Source: Candidatus Marinacidobacterales bacterium (GTDB taxonomy: Bacteria > Acidobacteriota > Vicinamibacteria > Marinacidobacterales > DATDRI01). Taken from it: DNA of 64,000 nucleotides. The notes under the pieces are model-generated. The model ran no database searches. It saw only the letters and a list, made by a program, of their open reading frames with translations, and was not told where the DNA came from. Location: contig OZ245365.1 of assembly GCA_965226495.1 (NCBI GenBank), positions 896,001 to 960,000 of the forward strand, given 5' to 3'. The translations under genes and the position numbers were made by a program. Position 1 is the first letter of the stretch. Every line of letters begins with the position of its first letter. Positions 41,123-51,629 of the stretch are shown piece by piece.

Positions 41123-43342
41123 ATGCGAGGAAAAGGGTCTTTGCGACCGGTGCCGATTCTCCTCGTCTTCACCACCCTCCTCTTGGTCGGGCCGGAGGGG
41201 CTTGCGGCGCGCCCTCCTCTTCTTCACCAGGCCGCCGCGGAACCCGAAACGGTACTCAGCGCGGTTCCGGTATCCGAGGCTCCCAGACTCGATGGGGTTC
41301 TGGACGAGCCTCTCTGGAAGGACGCTCCTCTCTTCGACAGATTTCTCCAGCAAGTTCCGGACGAGGGGAAGCCGGCCACAGAAAGAACGGAAGTCCGGAT
41401 TGTTTACACCCGCGACAATCTGTATTTCGGGGTCACGGTCTTTTATAGCGATCCACAGAAGATCATTGCCGACGAGCTGCGTCGTGATTCCCCCGGCCGT
41501 ATGCATGTTCGAGACGATACGTTCTCCATCATCCTCGATACATTCCACGACCATCGCAACGGTTATCTCTTCACCTTCAACGCCCTCGGGGCGCGTGACG
41601 ATTGGGCTTGCACCGATGAAGGGCGCCACTGGAACCGATATTGGGATCCGGTGTGGGATGTGGCGACCCGCGTCGGACCCGAAGGGTGGTCGGCGGAAGT
41701 GGAAATTCCTTTCAAGAGCCTTCGCTATAGCGGCGAGGATGTTGAGTGGGGCATCAACTTCCGCCGCGTGGTCCTCCACAAGAACGAATGGACTTACGCG
41801 ACCGCCATCCCGGCGTCGTACTCGACCGCGGGAATCGGGAAGCTGTCCTCGGCCGGCGTACTGGAAGGGCTGGACGGTATCACCGTAAGCCGCAACCTCG
41901 AGTTCAAACCTTTCGTGACCGCGGCGGCGGTCGAGTCTCGGGCCGAGGTTACCGGAGATGTGCCCACCAGGGACGCCTTTCAGCCGGGGATCGACATCAA
42001 GTACGGGTTCACGCCCAACGTGAACCTCGATCTGACCGTGAATACCGACTTCTCGGACGTCGAGGTGGACCAACAACAGATCAACCTCACTCGCTTCGGA
42101 CTCTTTTTTCCGGAAAAGCGCGACTTCTTTCAGGAAGGCCGCGGGATCTTCGACTTCGGCGTGAGACGGGGGAGTTACCGTGTGCTGCCTTTCTTCAGTC
42201 GAAGAATCGGACTGGAGGATGGCCGCCCAGTGCCTATTCGTGGCGGGGCCCGGCTAACCGGAAAGATGGGGCACTACAGTGTGGGATTTCTCGGGATGCG
42301 TACCAAAGACGTGAGCCTCTACCCCGCGACGTCGTTCTCCGTCTTGCGGCTCAAACGAGATGTTTTTCAGAGATCGAGCGTCGGTGTACTCTTTACCGAT
42401 CGTCGCCCGACCGGACCCGTCAATTCCTCCGCCAACCAGGTGGCGGGACTCGACGCCAATTTCGCCTTCTTTTCCAAGAGCAAGGTGGATCTGTTCTGGG
42501 CCCGTAGCAGTCAGGACACTCCGGGCACGAGCCCCACGTCCTACCGCGCGCATCTTCTATTGGAAAGCGATCTGCTGGGTTTGGAAACGGACTGGATGCG
42601 GGTGGGCGATACGTTTCGTCCGGAAGTGGGGTTCGTGCAGAGAGACGACATGGACCGTCGCTTCCTTCGCCTACAAGTGAGTCCGCGGCCCGGCCAGATG
42701 GGCATCCGCAAGGTCTACTTCCGCTCGTCGCTGGACTATGTCCAGAACCTCCGGGGGCTGCTGGAAACCCGTCACCTGGCGACAGACGTCGAGGTCGAAT
42801 TCGACAGCGCCGATGTGCTCTCCTTCGCTTGGCTACGCTCTTACGAGGCTCTGGAACGACCTTTCCGGGTCGTCGGGCTCGAGATCGCCCCGGGCGAGTA
42901 CCGTTTCGACCATTGGAACACTCGTTTCGTGTCGGCCCAGCACCGCAAGGTCTCGGCAACGGTGGACCTGAGGGGCGGGGGCTTCTTCGACGGCAGCCGT
43001 CGAGACCTCAGTGCCGCCACGCTGCTCAAGGTCAACCGGCATTTATTCCTTGACCTCGACTACTCGACCAGTGATATACGTGTGTTGGCGGGAGACCTCC
43101 GCACCCACCTGGTGGCTCTGCGCAGCAGCGTTGCCCTCAACACCCGCCTGTTTGGTGCAGCACTGGTCCAGTGGAATAGCGTAAGCCGGGAATTCGGAGT
43201 CAATGTTCGCTTGCGATACATGTACCGTCCAGGAAGCGACTTTTATATCGTCTTCAACGAACGGATGACTCAGCCGGGGGGTGTCTGGTTTCTCAATGAA
43301 CGGAGCTTCATCGTCAAGTGGACTTACCTGTTCCGAGTCTAG
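41123..43342 (+). CDS. CBM9-like/DUF5916 outer-membrane beta-barrel protein, paralog 2
   Basis: Colinear and highly similar to 36358-38595; ends KWTYLFRV. Confidence 0.8.
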   Translation: MRGKGSLRPVPILLVFTTLLLVGPEGLAARPPLLHQAAAEPETVLSAVPVSEAPRLDGVLDEPLWKDAPLFDRFLQQVPDEGKPATERTEVRIVYTRDNLYFGVTVFYSDPQKIIADELRRDSPGRMHVRDDTFSIILDTFHDHRNGYLFTFNALGARDDWACTDEGRHWNRYWDPVWDVATRVGPEGWSAEVEIPFKSLRYSGEDVEWGINFRRVVLHKNEWTYATAIPASYSTAGIGKLSSAGVLEGLDGITVSRNLEFKPFVTAAAVESRAEVTGDVPTRDAFQPGIDIKYGFTPNVNLDLTVNTDFSDVEVDQQQINLTRFGLFFPEKRDFFQEGRGIFDFGVRRGSYRVLPFFSRRIGLEDGRPVPIRGGARLTGKMGHYSVGFLGMRTKDVSLYPATSFSVLRLKRDVFQRSSVGVLFTDRRPTGPVNSSANQVAGLDANFAFFSKSKVDLFWARSSQDTPGTSPTSYRAHLLLESDLLGLETDWMRVGDTFRPEVGFVQRDDMDRRFLRLQVSPRPGQMGIRKVYFRSSLDYVQNLRGLLETRHLATDVEVEFDSADVLSFAWLRSYEALERPFRVVGLEIAPGEYRFDHWNTRFVSAQHRKVSATVDLRGGGFFDGSRRDLSAATLLKVNRHLFLDLDYSTSDIRVLAGDLRTHLVALRSSVALNTRLFGAALVQWNSVSREFGVNVRLRYMYRPGSDFYIVFNERMTQPGGVWFLNERSFIVKWTYLFRV

Positions 43343-43380
43343 TGGGCCCAAGTTTCGAGTAATGAACTGAGGTGTATGGT

Positions 43381-46300
43381 ATGGAACCAATCCAGGATCG
43401 AAATTTCTCGATATGCGCGCGGTTGGCCGCAGTCCTTCTCCTAAGCGTAGTGAGTACGAGCGCGACTGCCCAAGAGCCTGAAACCTCCGGACTGGAGGCG
43501 GTGTTCTCGCCGGGTCTCATTCTTCAAGATCGCAACGGCGACGGGGTCATCGACTTCGTCGACGCCGCCATCGTTGTGGGGGAGTCGCCCACGGTTGGTG
43601 ACATAGCCGCCGCGGCCGACATCGCGGCGCGGCTCGGCTACGAGACGATGGCGATGGATATCCCGCTCGCTTCCACCGAGGAGTCGTCCGGGGTTGCGAT
43701 CCTCGTCGGGTCGGCCGCCCTCACGCGAGCCGGGCTTGCGGCCACCGAGGTCGGCCTCGCGGAATTGGAGACCGGCGAGGGCATCATCGCGCTGTTAACC
43801 GCCAATGGACGTGAGTGGTTGGTGATTGCGGGTGCCGACGAGGCGGGTACACGGACCGCGGCCGAAGTGCTGGCGGGGCGTCTACCGTATGTCTGGGACC
43901 CCGAGGGGCCCACTCTTGAAAAGGTGGTTGAGGAGCTAGGTGCCTTCCTGACCGCTCAAGAGGTTTCGGTCAGCGCGGTACAGGTCCCCTCGGTTCATGT
44001 GAAAAGCGGCGAGGAAACACTGACCAGGCTTGTCGTGACGGCGAAGCTGGGATCGGCCACCGACGTCGGCAAGGCCGAGTCCGCGTTGCGCGCGCTGGCT
44101 CGCCGCCCGGCCGAAGCGAGTGCCGACGAGGAGGCACCGCTTTCCTACGCTGGCACTCGGGTTCTGCGGGTGGTGCTCTCCGCTCCCGACACCGAGACGG
44201 TGGAGGTGGAGGTGCCGGGTGCTCGGGCGATTCCTACCCGCAAGCCCACGCCGCCTCGACCCGGATCGGATGCGAAGGCCGACCTCGATCTTTCAAACTT
44301 TTACACGCCTAAGGGGTTCCTGGGCGATTCCAACGAAGACCTGATCGCCGACCGGGTGGACGTGTTGCTGAGTCCTTCTGGGGAGGGAATCGAAGGGACG
44401 GTCGACCTTGCCGCGCGCATCGGGCTCGAGTCGGCTGGGATCCCTATTCCCATCGCTCGCGACCCGGAGGCCATCGAAGAGGCCGAAGAGCATCCGACGC
44501 TGGTTCTTATCGGCACGGACCATCCCCTCGTGCAGCAATTGGTGCAAGAGGGAAAGCTCCAGCTACCTACCCTTGAGGCGGGCCAGGGTCTCATTCAAGT
44601 GGTACCCAAAGCATTTGGCGACAAGAGTGCAGTGGTGGTGACCGGGGGTGACGGGGCCGGTGTGGCCCGGGCGCTCGAACAAGTTGCCGAGCGGTTCCCC
44701 AACGTCTGGGAGCGGGGCAAGGATCGGACCACGATCGATAGCGTCGAGGAGGACGCGCGGCGCTTCCTGTCGGGTCGATCCCCTTCCGGGCAGGCGGCTA
44801 CCGCTTTGTACAAGCTGGAGAAGTTGGTGCAGAAACTGTCAGGGAAGGATCTGGAGTCGGCCCACGTCGTGGTCTCTGTCGAGAAGCCCGCAGACGGTTT
44901 CGAGCAGGTGGTGCGCGAGCAAGCGGAAGCGCTCGGGGCGGACTCCCTGGAGGTGACCGTCGATAACCGGGATGTCGAGAAGGCCGCGATCATCTTCGAG
45001 GAGGAGTTCGAGGTGGCCTCGGAGGTAGAGGCGTTCTGGGGGGTCTTCCGTTCGGAGGTCGTTTCGAAGGTCCGGAGGGGGCAGCCGGTGGTGGTGGAAG
45101 TGCGGCTGAGCGAGTCGCCGGAGGTCCGGGCGAAGCTCGAAGGACAGGCGAGGGCGGAGCTGATCCTCGCCGGTGCCGCGGAGGTGGGGACCGAGGTCAC
45201 TGTTCTTTCCGCCTACAAACAAGGCTACAGCTGGCTGTACGACGTGGTGCGTCCGGCGCTCGAAGGTAAAACGATCGATCATTTGACCATTCGCTTTGCC
45301 GAGTCCGGACCGCCGCCGGAGTGGAAACAACAGGCAATGTACACCCCGTCACGGTGGCTGTTGGAGCTCTACCCCATCGACGAGATATTGGCCAGGGAGC
45401 TGAAGCTCGATTTGGATCAGATCGGCTTCGAGATGATGCCCATTGACGCCCCCACCTATGAGGCGATTGCCACCGCGCCGGATGGGACCGAGATCCTGCG
45501 GTCGACGTTCGAGCCCAAGTTCGTGCTGCGGTCGTTCTTCGACCGCTTCCCCGATTACGAGAAAGTCCGGGTGACCACCGGATGGATCACCGCTCGGGTG
45601 GGAAACGACACGATCGTGGATCGCAGGATCGTCACCGACGTCGAGCGCTTCTGGGACCACTACCAGGCAAAGACCCTGCCGGCCGTCTACGACTACATAA
45701 TGAAGAATTCCAAGGGCAAGCCTAGGAAGGCCGACGCACCCCATTTTGGAAAGCTCGTCGTGGAGCTGACTCTCAGCGAGCCCGACTACTTGATCGACAT
45801 CGATCGGGAGATCATCGCCTCCATGGAGGCGATGCACGAGGAAATCTACTTCCACACCCTCCACTTCTTTGATGTGCTGGGCCGTTTTACGCGCGGCGAA
45901 GCGCTCGACTACATCGGGCGAGTCATCCCCATCATGCGTCCCAAGGGAGATGGCAAGGCGGGGCAGGCCAAGATCACCTTCTCTGGCTTCCGTACCAACC
46001 GCCCAGCGGTGGTCATCGAATATACGGAGCGCGGCGGCCAGCGCGGTGAGGCGCGCCTCGACGTCCCCAAAGTAAAGGTGAAAAAGCCCCAGGCGCTTGC
46101 CGCCCTGGTCCGGGCCGGCCAGCCCGGTCTCGAGCGTCTCGATCTGCGCGTCAAAGTCGACACCGAGACGGACGAACGCGACGAGCTCGTGAAACGAGCG
46201 CGTGCAGAACAGGTGGATGAACAGATCATTTCGGCCGAGCAGGTGGGGGCGATCCTGGCCAACCTGGAGCGGCTGCGTGGGGCGGGTCTTTACCGGGACG

Positions 46301-47610
46301 CCTTGGCGTACCACGACCTCGGCGTCCTAACGATGGCCGCTAGCTGGGAACACGAGGTGGACCCGGCAACAGAAGTACGGTTCTCACTCGATCGGAGCGG
46401 TGTGCCGGAACCCTTCCCTGACATCCGTGCCGTGCTGCCTACCGGATACAGATACGAAGGCGGGCCCATCGTGCAGTGGGATACACCCATTCCTCCGGGG
46501 GAGGCGGCCGAGCTGGTAGCCAAATTGTCCACGTTCGACGAAGTCAACGCTTACAAACTCGGCGAGAGCTACCTGGGCACGGACATCTGGGCCATGGACC
46601 TCATGCCGCCCATCGAGGCGTCTCACTGGTCCCACGCCAAGGCCACCACGCTCAAACCCACGATCGTTTACTCCGGTCGCCAAGACGCCAACGAGGTATC
46701 GTCGACGAGCCACCTCTTGAAGCTCTCCGAGATGCTCTTGACCGAGCCGGAGTTCAGGAAGAAGCTCGACCGGGTGAACGTGGTGGTGCACCCCATCACC
46801 AACCCGGGTGGTGCCCAGCTCGCCTACGATCTCTACAAGATCACTCCTGATTACATGCTTCATGCCGGGTACTTGGGTCCGCTGGGGGTCAGCCTGGTCA
46901 CCCGCTGGGACCCCGATCCGATTTATCCGGAATCGAAGCACCGCGTACACTTGTGGCAGACGTGGCTCCCGGACATCTTTCTCAATCCTCATGGGTACCC
47001 TTCGCACGAATGGGTACAGCTCTTCTCCGAGTATGCCGCATGGGTGCGTAATCGAGCCACTGAATCGCGTGACTGGTGGGGAACTCGTGGCTGGTTCATC
47101 CCAAGTTTCAATTACCTCGATGACGCCAAGTATCCTCGGCACAAGGAGGCGGCGTTCCAGATTCGCGAGCGGATCACCGAGTACATCAACGCCGTCCCCG
47201 ATGTCAGGGCCCTCAACCAGCGCAACTACGCTCGGTACCAGCGCTATGGCTTCGCGCACGACCCAGAAAACTTCAAGTTGGATTTCACCAATGAAGTGCT
47301 GATCTACAGCGCGATCAAGGGATGGGAAGCCGATCCGGGTACAAGGGACACGGTGGGCGACAACTTCATGGTCAGAAACCCGAAGGTGACGATTTTTTAC
47401 GGAGCGACCGAAGCGCCCGACGAAACGGCCTATGGTGACTGGATGACGCTCGTCGCGACGGCGGGTCTACAGTGGGACAAGGCCAACCTGGACTACCTGG
47501 TTGAAGGTGACCACGCGGTGGAAAGAAAGGCGAAGACGTTCTTTGGTGGGATAAGCCTCAGCATGCACCGTCCCCGGCCACCGAAGCCGAAGGAGGAGGG
47601 GATCCAGTAG
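43381..47610 (+). CDS. Giant secreted M14-family metallopeptidase-like protein, paralog B (DxxE variant)
   Basis: Same architecture as paralog A; motifs read RQDANE, TNPGG, NPHGYP, TEAPDE. Confidence 0.8.
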   Translation: MEPIQDRNFSICARLAAVLLLSVVSTSATAQEPETSGLEAVFSPGLILQDRNGDGVIDFVDAAIVVGESPTVGDIAAAADIAARLGYETMAMDIPLASTEESSGVAILVGSAALTRAGLAATEVGLAELETGEGIIALLTANGREWLVIAGADEAGTRTAAEVLAGRLPYVWDPEGPTLEKVVEELGAFLTAQEVSVSAVQVPSVHVKSGEETLTRLVVTAKLGSATDVGKAESALRALARRPAEASADEEAPLSYAGTRVLRVVLSAPDTETVEVEVPGARAIPTRKPTPPRPGSDAKADLDLSNFYTPKGFLGDSNEDLIADRVDVLLSPSGEGIEGTVDLAARIGLESAGIPIPIARDPEAIEEAEEHPTLVLIGTDHPLVQQLVQEGKLQLPTLEAGQGLIQVVPKAFGDKSAVVVTGGDGAGVARALEQVAERFPNVWERGKDRTTIDSVEEDARRFLSGRSPSGQAATALYKLEKLVQKLSGKDLESAHVVVSVEKPADGFEQVVREQAEALGADSLEVTVDNRDVEKAAIIFEEEFEVASEVEAFWGVFRSEVVSKVRRGQPVVVEVRLSESPEVRAKLEGQARAELILAGAAEVGTEVTVLSAYKQGYSWLYDVVRPALEGKTIDHLTIRFAESGPPPEWKQQAMYTPSRWLLELYPIDEILARELKLDLDQIGFEMMPIDAPTYEAIATAPDGTEILRSTFEPKFVLRSFFDRFPDYEKVRVTTGWITARVGNDTIVDRRIVTDVERFWDHYQAKTLPAVYDYIMKNSKGKPRKADAPHFGKLVVELTLSEPDYLIDIDREIIASMEAMHEEIYFHTLHFFDVLGRFTRGEALDYIGRVIPIMRPKGDGKAGQAKITFSGFRTNRPAVVIEYTERGGQRGEARLDVPKVKVKKPQALAALVRAGQPGLERLDLRVKVDTETDERDELVKRARAEQVDEQIISAEQVGAILANLERLRGAGLYRDALAYHDLGVLTMAASWEHEVDPATEVRFSLDRSGVPEPFPDIRAVLPTGYRYEGGPIVQWDTPIPPGEAAELVAKLSTFDEVNAYKLGESYLGTDIWAMDLMPPIEASHWSHAKATTLKPTIVYSGRQDANEVSSTSHLLKLSEMLLTEPEFRKKLDRVNVVVHPITNPGGAQLAYDLYKITPDYMLHAGYLGPLGVSLVTRWDPDPIYPESKHRVHLWQTWLPDIFLNPHGYPSHEWVQLFSEYAAWVRNRATESRDWWGTRGWFIPSFNYLDDAKYPRHKEAAFQIRERITEYINAVPDVRALNQRNYARYQRYGFAHDPENFKLDFTNEVLIYSAIKGWEADPGTRDTVGDNFMVRNPKVTIFYGATEAPDETAYGDWMTLVATAGLQWDKANLDYLVEGDHAVERKAKTFFGGISLSMHRPRPPKPKEEGIQ

Positions 47611-47953
47611 GCCGAGCATTCGGGTCATCCGACATTCGGGCGAGGTTCGGGCGCGCCGGTCCTTCTGGGTCGTCAGAATATGCTCATTAACATTTGGCTC
47701 GATTGCCGGGTGTACTGTTTTGGAAAAAAAGATCGAAAAAAGACTTGACAGGTTTTCGGAGGCCCTTTCGAAAAGCGATACGTCGTCCGCGTAAACGCCT
47801 TCCTGGAACGCCCACACGCCCTCTCCCCCTCCTTTCTCCAAGATTTGAGCACCTTCTTAATTTTAGTCGTTTGCGCCCGTCTGACGACGGCTGAGGATCC
47901 AGAAAAACCCGTTGCTATAGTTGGGGAATAGAGAATCGAAAGAGGGGGCAACG

Positions 47954-49093
47954 GTGATCATCGAAAAAATCAAGACCTACTTTGGAACGCTCGAAGGTCT
48001 CTCCACCGAAGAGCTCGACCGCTCCGCCGAAAAGCTGGTCCGTGCCGAGAAACGAAACGTAGCCCTGGTCATCGCTCACATCGCGGAGATGTCGAGAAGA
48101 AAGGGCCACCTCGAGCGCGGCTACAAGAATCTTTTCGACTATTGCACGAGGCGGCTGCATCTGAGCGAAGGCTCGGTCGCCTTGCGGATTCAGGTGGCCA
48201 ACGTCGCATTACGTTTCCCTCAGATACTCCTGGCGCTGGCTGAGAACCGGATGAGTCTAACCGTGGCGGGTCTCCTCGCGCCCGTCCTCACAGAGAGCAA
48301 CGTCGCGAAGCTTCTCGCGGATTGCGACGGAATGACCAAGCGGGAGGCCGAGGAATACCTCGTCGCGCTCCGGCCCAAGCCCATCTTCGCGCCCTCGATT
48401 CGAAAAACACCCTCTCGGCCGCCTTTCACGTCGCCACCGAAGTTGCTAGTCACGTCTCCCCCGAAGTCTCCCGCGGTCCAGGAGACCAGGGGCGCGCGCC
48501 CGGATTTCCGAACGTCGCCGAGCATCCTCGAGCCGGCAAGACCGGAGCTCTACAACTTCCGCTTTGCCGCTGATCGAAAGTTCAAGGAGAAGTTCGAGCG
48601 CCTGGCGGAAGTCCTCGGGATCGAAAACCCTCTACAACATATGACCGCGATCATGGAGCAGGCCCTGGACATCGCGCTCGACAAGAAGGACCTCAAGAGA
48701 AAGCGCGCACGGCGGCTCCAAAGGGAGGAGGAGCGGACCACGGAGCCGACCCAGGAAGAATCTTGTCTGGACAAGGTTTCTGCGAGGGAGCAGAAACCAG
48801 TCTCCCGCTACATCCCGTCAGCGGTCCGCGAGCGCGTCCACGAGCGGGCTGGCCATCAATGCGAATTCCAAGCTCGGGACGGGACCCGTTGTCGCTCGCG
48901 AACGAGACTCCAGATCGAGCACGTGCGGCCCTTTGCTTTGTATCGAAGCCACGACGAGAGATTCCTCCGGCTTCACTGCCCTCCGCACAACCGTTTGAGC
49001 GCAGAAAGGGTTTTCGGGGTCGCGTTCATCCAGGAGAAGATCGATGCCTCTCGGCGGAAGCCCTCGCCGAATGCCCGTGCCGACTCATCGTAG
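47954..49093 (+). CDS. HNH endonuclease-signature protein with helical N-terminal domain
   Basis: GYKNLFDYCTRRLHLSEG; C-terminal YIPSAVRERVHERAGHQC...C...EHVRP...LRLHCPPHN; TGcTATAGT upstream at 47913-47921. Confidence 0.75.
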   Translation: MIIEKIKTYFGTLEGLSTEELDRSAEKLVRAEKRNVALVIAHIAEMSRRKGHLERGYKNLFDYCTRRLHLSEGSVALRIQVANVALRFPQILLALAENRMSLTVAGLLAPVLTESNVAKLLADCDGMTKREAEEYLVALRPKPIFAPSIRKTPSRPPFTSPPKLLVTSPPKSPAVQETRGARPDFRTSPSILEPARPELYNFRFAADRKFKEKFERLAEVLGIENPLQHMTAIMEQALDIALDKKDLKRKRARRLQREEERTTEPTQEESCLDKVSAREQKPVSRYIPSAVRERVHERAGHQCEFQARDGTRCRSRTRLQIEHVRPFALYRSHDERFLRLHCPPHNRLSAERVFGVAFIQEKIDASRRKPSPNARADSS

Positions 49094-49242
49094 CCAACAA
49101 CCTGCCGCCCCTCACCCGAGCCGTGAAGGAAGCGATTGAGAACAAGCGATTCAGTGCCGATTCGCCTGTTACCGTCCACTAAATACTCGCCTATCGAAGC
49201 AGAGCGCGAGTGTCCCCTTTTCGCCAGGTGGGCAGCGGCTCG

Positions 49243-51337
49243 CTACCAGATGAAACGAAACGCTATCTCGGCTTGCCTCCCAGGCTTGGCGGTCAGGATC
49301 TGTCCGAACGATGGGGAAAGAGAGTTTTCTATGTTCGGGGTTGCAACGTTAAGTCCTTGGCGCGTACCTAGATTGACGTTGCTGAAGACATTAAACACCT
49401 GAAAGATGACCTCTAAGGCTGTCCCACGACCGGTTGGAATCTGTTTACTCACGCGCAAATCCAGGTTGAGAAACCGGCTGCTATCGATCTGGTCGGGAGA
49501 GACCGGCCCCAATCCGTTCTCGGCCCTCCAAGCATTCACCAAGGAAAGGTCGAGATCGCGGTTCCCCTGGTTGCGGGTGGTGCCCGGCACGTAGTCGCCA
49601 GCCCTGCCGGTGGCAAAGCCGTCCCCATTGAGATCCCTGCCTGCTTTCGCACTAAAGGGCATCGTCGTGCGCCAGGTGAAGATTCCCGACAGCCCGATGT
49701 CGTAAGGGAGATCCACGAAGCCGGAGGCCACTAGCATGTGCCGACGGTCAATATCGAAGGGCCCGTAATCCGCGTCCCGATCCAGCTGATTCACGAAACG
49801 TCCACTCGGCTTGTTATCGTGTCCCTTCTGGAAGGTGTAGCTCAGCAGGTACTGATAGTTGTCCCGGTAGCGCCTCTCGAGCCTTATGTATAGGCCCTTG
49901 TAGTCGCTCTCGGAGATGGACTCGTGCTGGTCGATTCGGCCGAACTCGGGAATGGGCCGCCGGCGGGTGATCGGATCCCTTGGGTTCAGGTCGACCCTCT
50001 TTCGGTGGTCCCGGACACGTGTGTGCAGGAAGTCCGCGTTGAACGAAAATCCTGGCGAGAGCTCCTTCTCGAAACCCAGGTTCAGCTGCTGCGACCAGGG
50101 ATTGTGAAAGTCTTCGGCCAAAAAGCTGACGTTGGGTGGACTCGAGACCGCAAACAACAGAGGGTCCTGGTCCCGGTAGGGATCGGGAAAGCCTGGATTA
50201 CTGATCCGGAGAGACAAAACGCCAAAGTTTCGCCACTCTTGGAAGTTGGCCAAGGTGCGGATGTTGTCGTAGTAGATGCCGTATCCGCCACGGATCACCG
50301 TCTTGGCGTCACCGACTGGGTCATAGGCGAAGCCAAAGCGGGGCCCAAAGTTGTTCTTGTCTCCCCTGTCTTTTGGATTGGGCTGGAAGGGAATGGGGCG
50401 GACGTTGGCGGAAAGCGCGGCGACGACATCGGGTGGGACGGGGGGGTCTCGGCCTTCGACGAGGGGATAGTCGTTGACATCCAGCCGCTCATTGAAGGAG
50501 CCATACTGCCGGTCGTAGCGGATCCCGAGGTTGAAGGTCAGTTTTGAGTTCGGCGACCAGTCGTCCTGGAAATAAAAGGCCAAGTGCTGTGAGTCGACCC
50601 GGGTATAGATTTCCGGCAAAAAGTTGACGTACAAGATCGGATGAGTGGTGGGATCGTCCGGATCGAAGGGCCGGTTGGTGGCGAAGATGTACGTTCCTCC
50701 GTCAGGAGTCAGTGCGACGCTGTCCTCAAAGGGAATATGGCTGAAGTCGACACCCATCTTGAAGTTGTGCTCGCCTCCCCAGTCGCTCTGGAAGTAGGTA
50801 AAGTCGTCGCGGAACTCCCAGCGATGCTCGGGTCCAAGCTCGTCGAAGTTGGTACCGTCGACGACATTGGGACGCACGATCTGGCCCTGGATGTTGTCTA
50901 ACCGTTGCTGAGGAAACTCGGCCACCTTGGTAAAGATCGGAGTTCCGGAGGGAGCGAGCTGGTACATGGAGAAGGCCCGCTGGAACTTGAACTCGTTCAG
51001 GGCCTGCGCACTGAGGATCGAAGTCAGTCCGACGACCAGCGCCTTCCGAGGGATCTGGAGGTCGGAGCCTGCATTTTCCCTTCGCGTGCCGCCACAGTTA
51101 AAGCAGCCCGCGAATTCATCCTGCTGTGCGTAGCGGGCGAAGAGGTTATGGTTCTCCGAGATCGTTTGATCCCATCGAATCGAGAAGAGGTTCCGCCAGA
51201 ACTCTCTGGGAAAGGCTCCGTCGAAATGCGGGAACACTCCACCCGTGTTCACCGTAAAGGCTTCCTCCTGGTCCGTCCTTTCGACAGCCACATAAAAGTG
51301 ACTCTTGTCCTGTACGATCGGCCCTCCCAGGCTACCT
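49243..51337 (-). pseudogene. 5'-truncated TonB-dependent receptor (barrel portion only)
   Basis: Recognisable homology starts at GSLGGPIVQDK; YFQDDW, NLGIRYD, NNFGPRFGFAYD, RGGYG; ends FRFIW. No signal peptide or plug domain upstream. Confidence 0.75.
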
Positions 51338-51484
51338 GTGGTTCGCCAATACTCGATCGCCACTAGACTGAGTCGTTGCGGAAGATCGCTCAATCATAAT
51401 CCTCGACCGTAAAATTTGAGGAGGACGGCCGACGTGTGCCTTCACGTCCAAAAACCTCCCCACTTACCGCTTTTCGCAACGTCT

Positions 51485-51514
51485 TTGCCTCTCTACCCAG
51501 GCTTCTGCTATCCT
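51485..51514 (+). promoter_or_regulatory. Putative sigma70 promoter for the Asp-box protein gene
   Basis: TTGCCT-N18-TATCCT with a TGn extension. Confidence 0.35.
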
Positions 51515-51629
51515 CGCCGCGATACAAACGGCCTCACAACCTCGCCAGAGCTGGGAAACTCGACGCGGACCGGAGTCGGATAGGTATTGAATGCTCCTAA
51601 TTTTTCTTGTCCGCATTTAGGAGGGATTC

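Noticed and set aside
47618-47655. Three TTCGGG units after M14 paralog B as a mini-array or terminator
   Set aside because: Too short and irregular, with no U-tract and no spacer structure.
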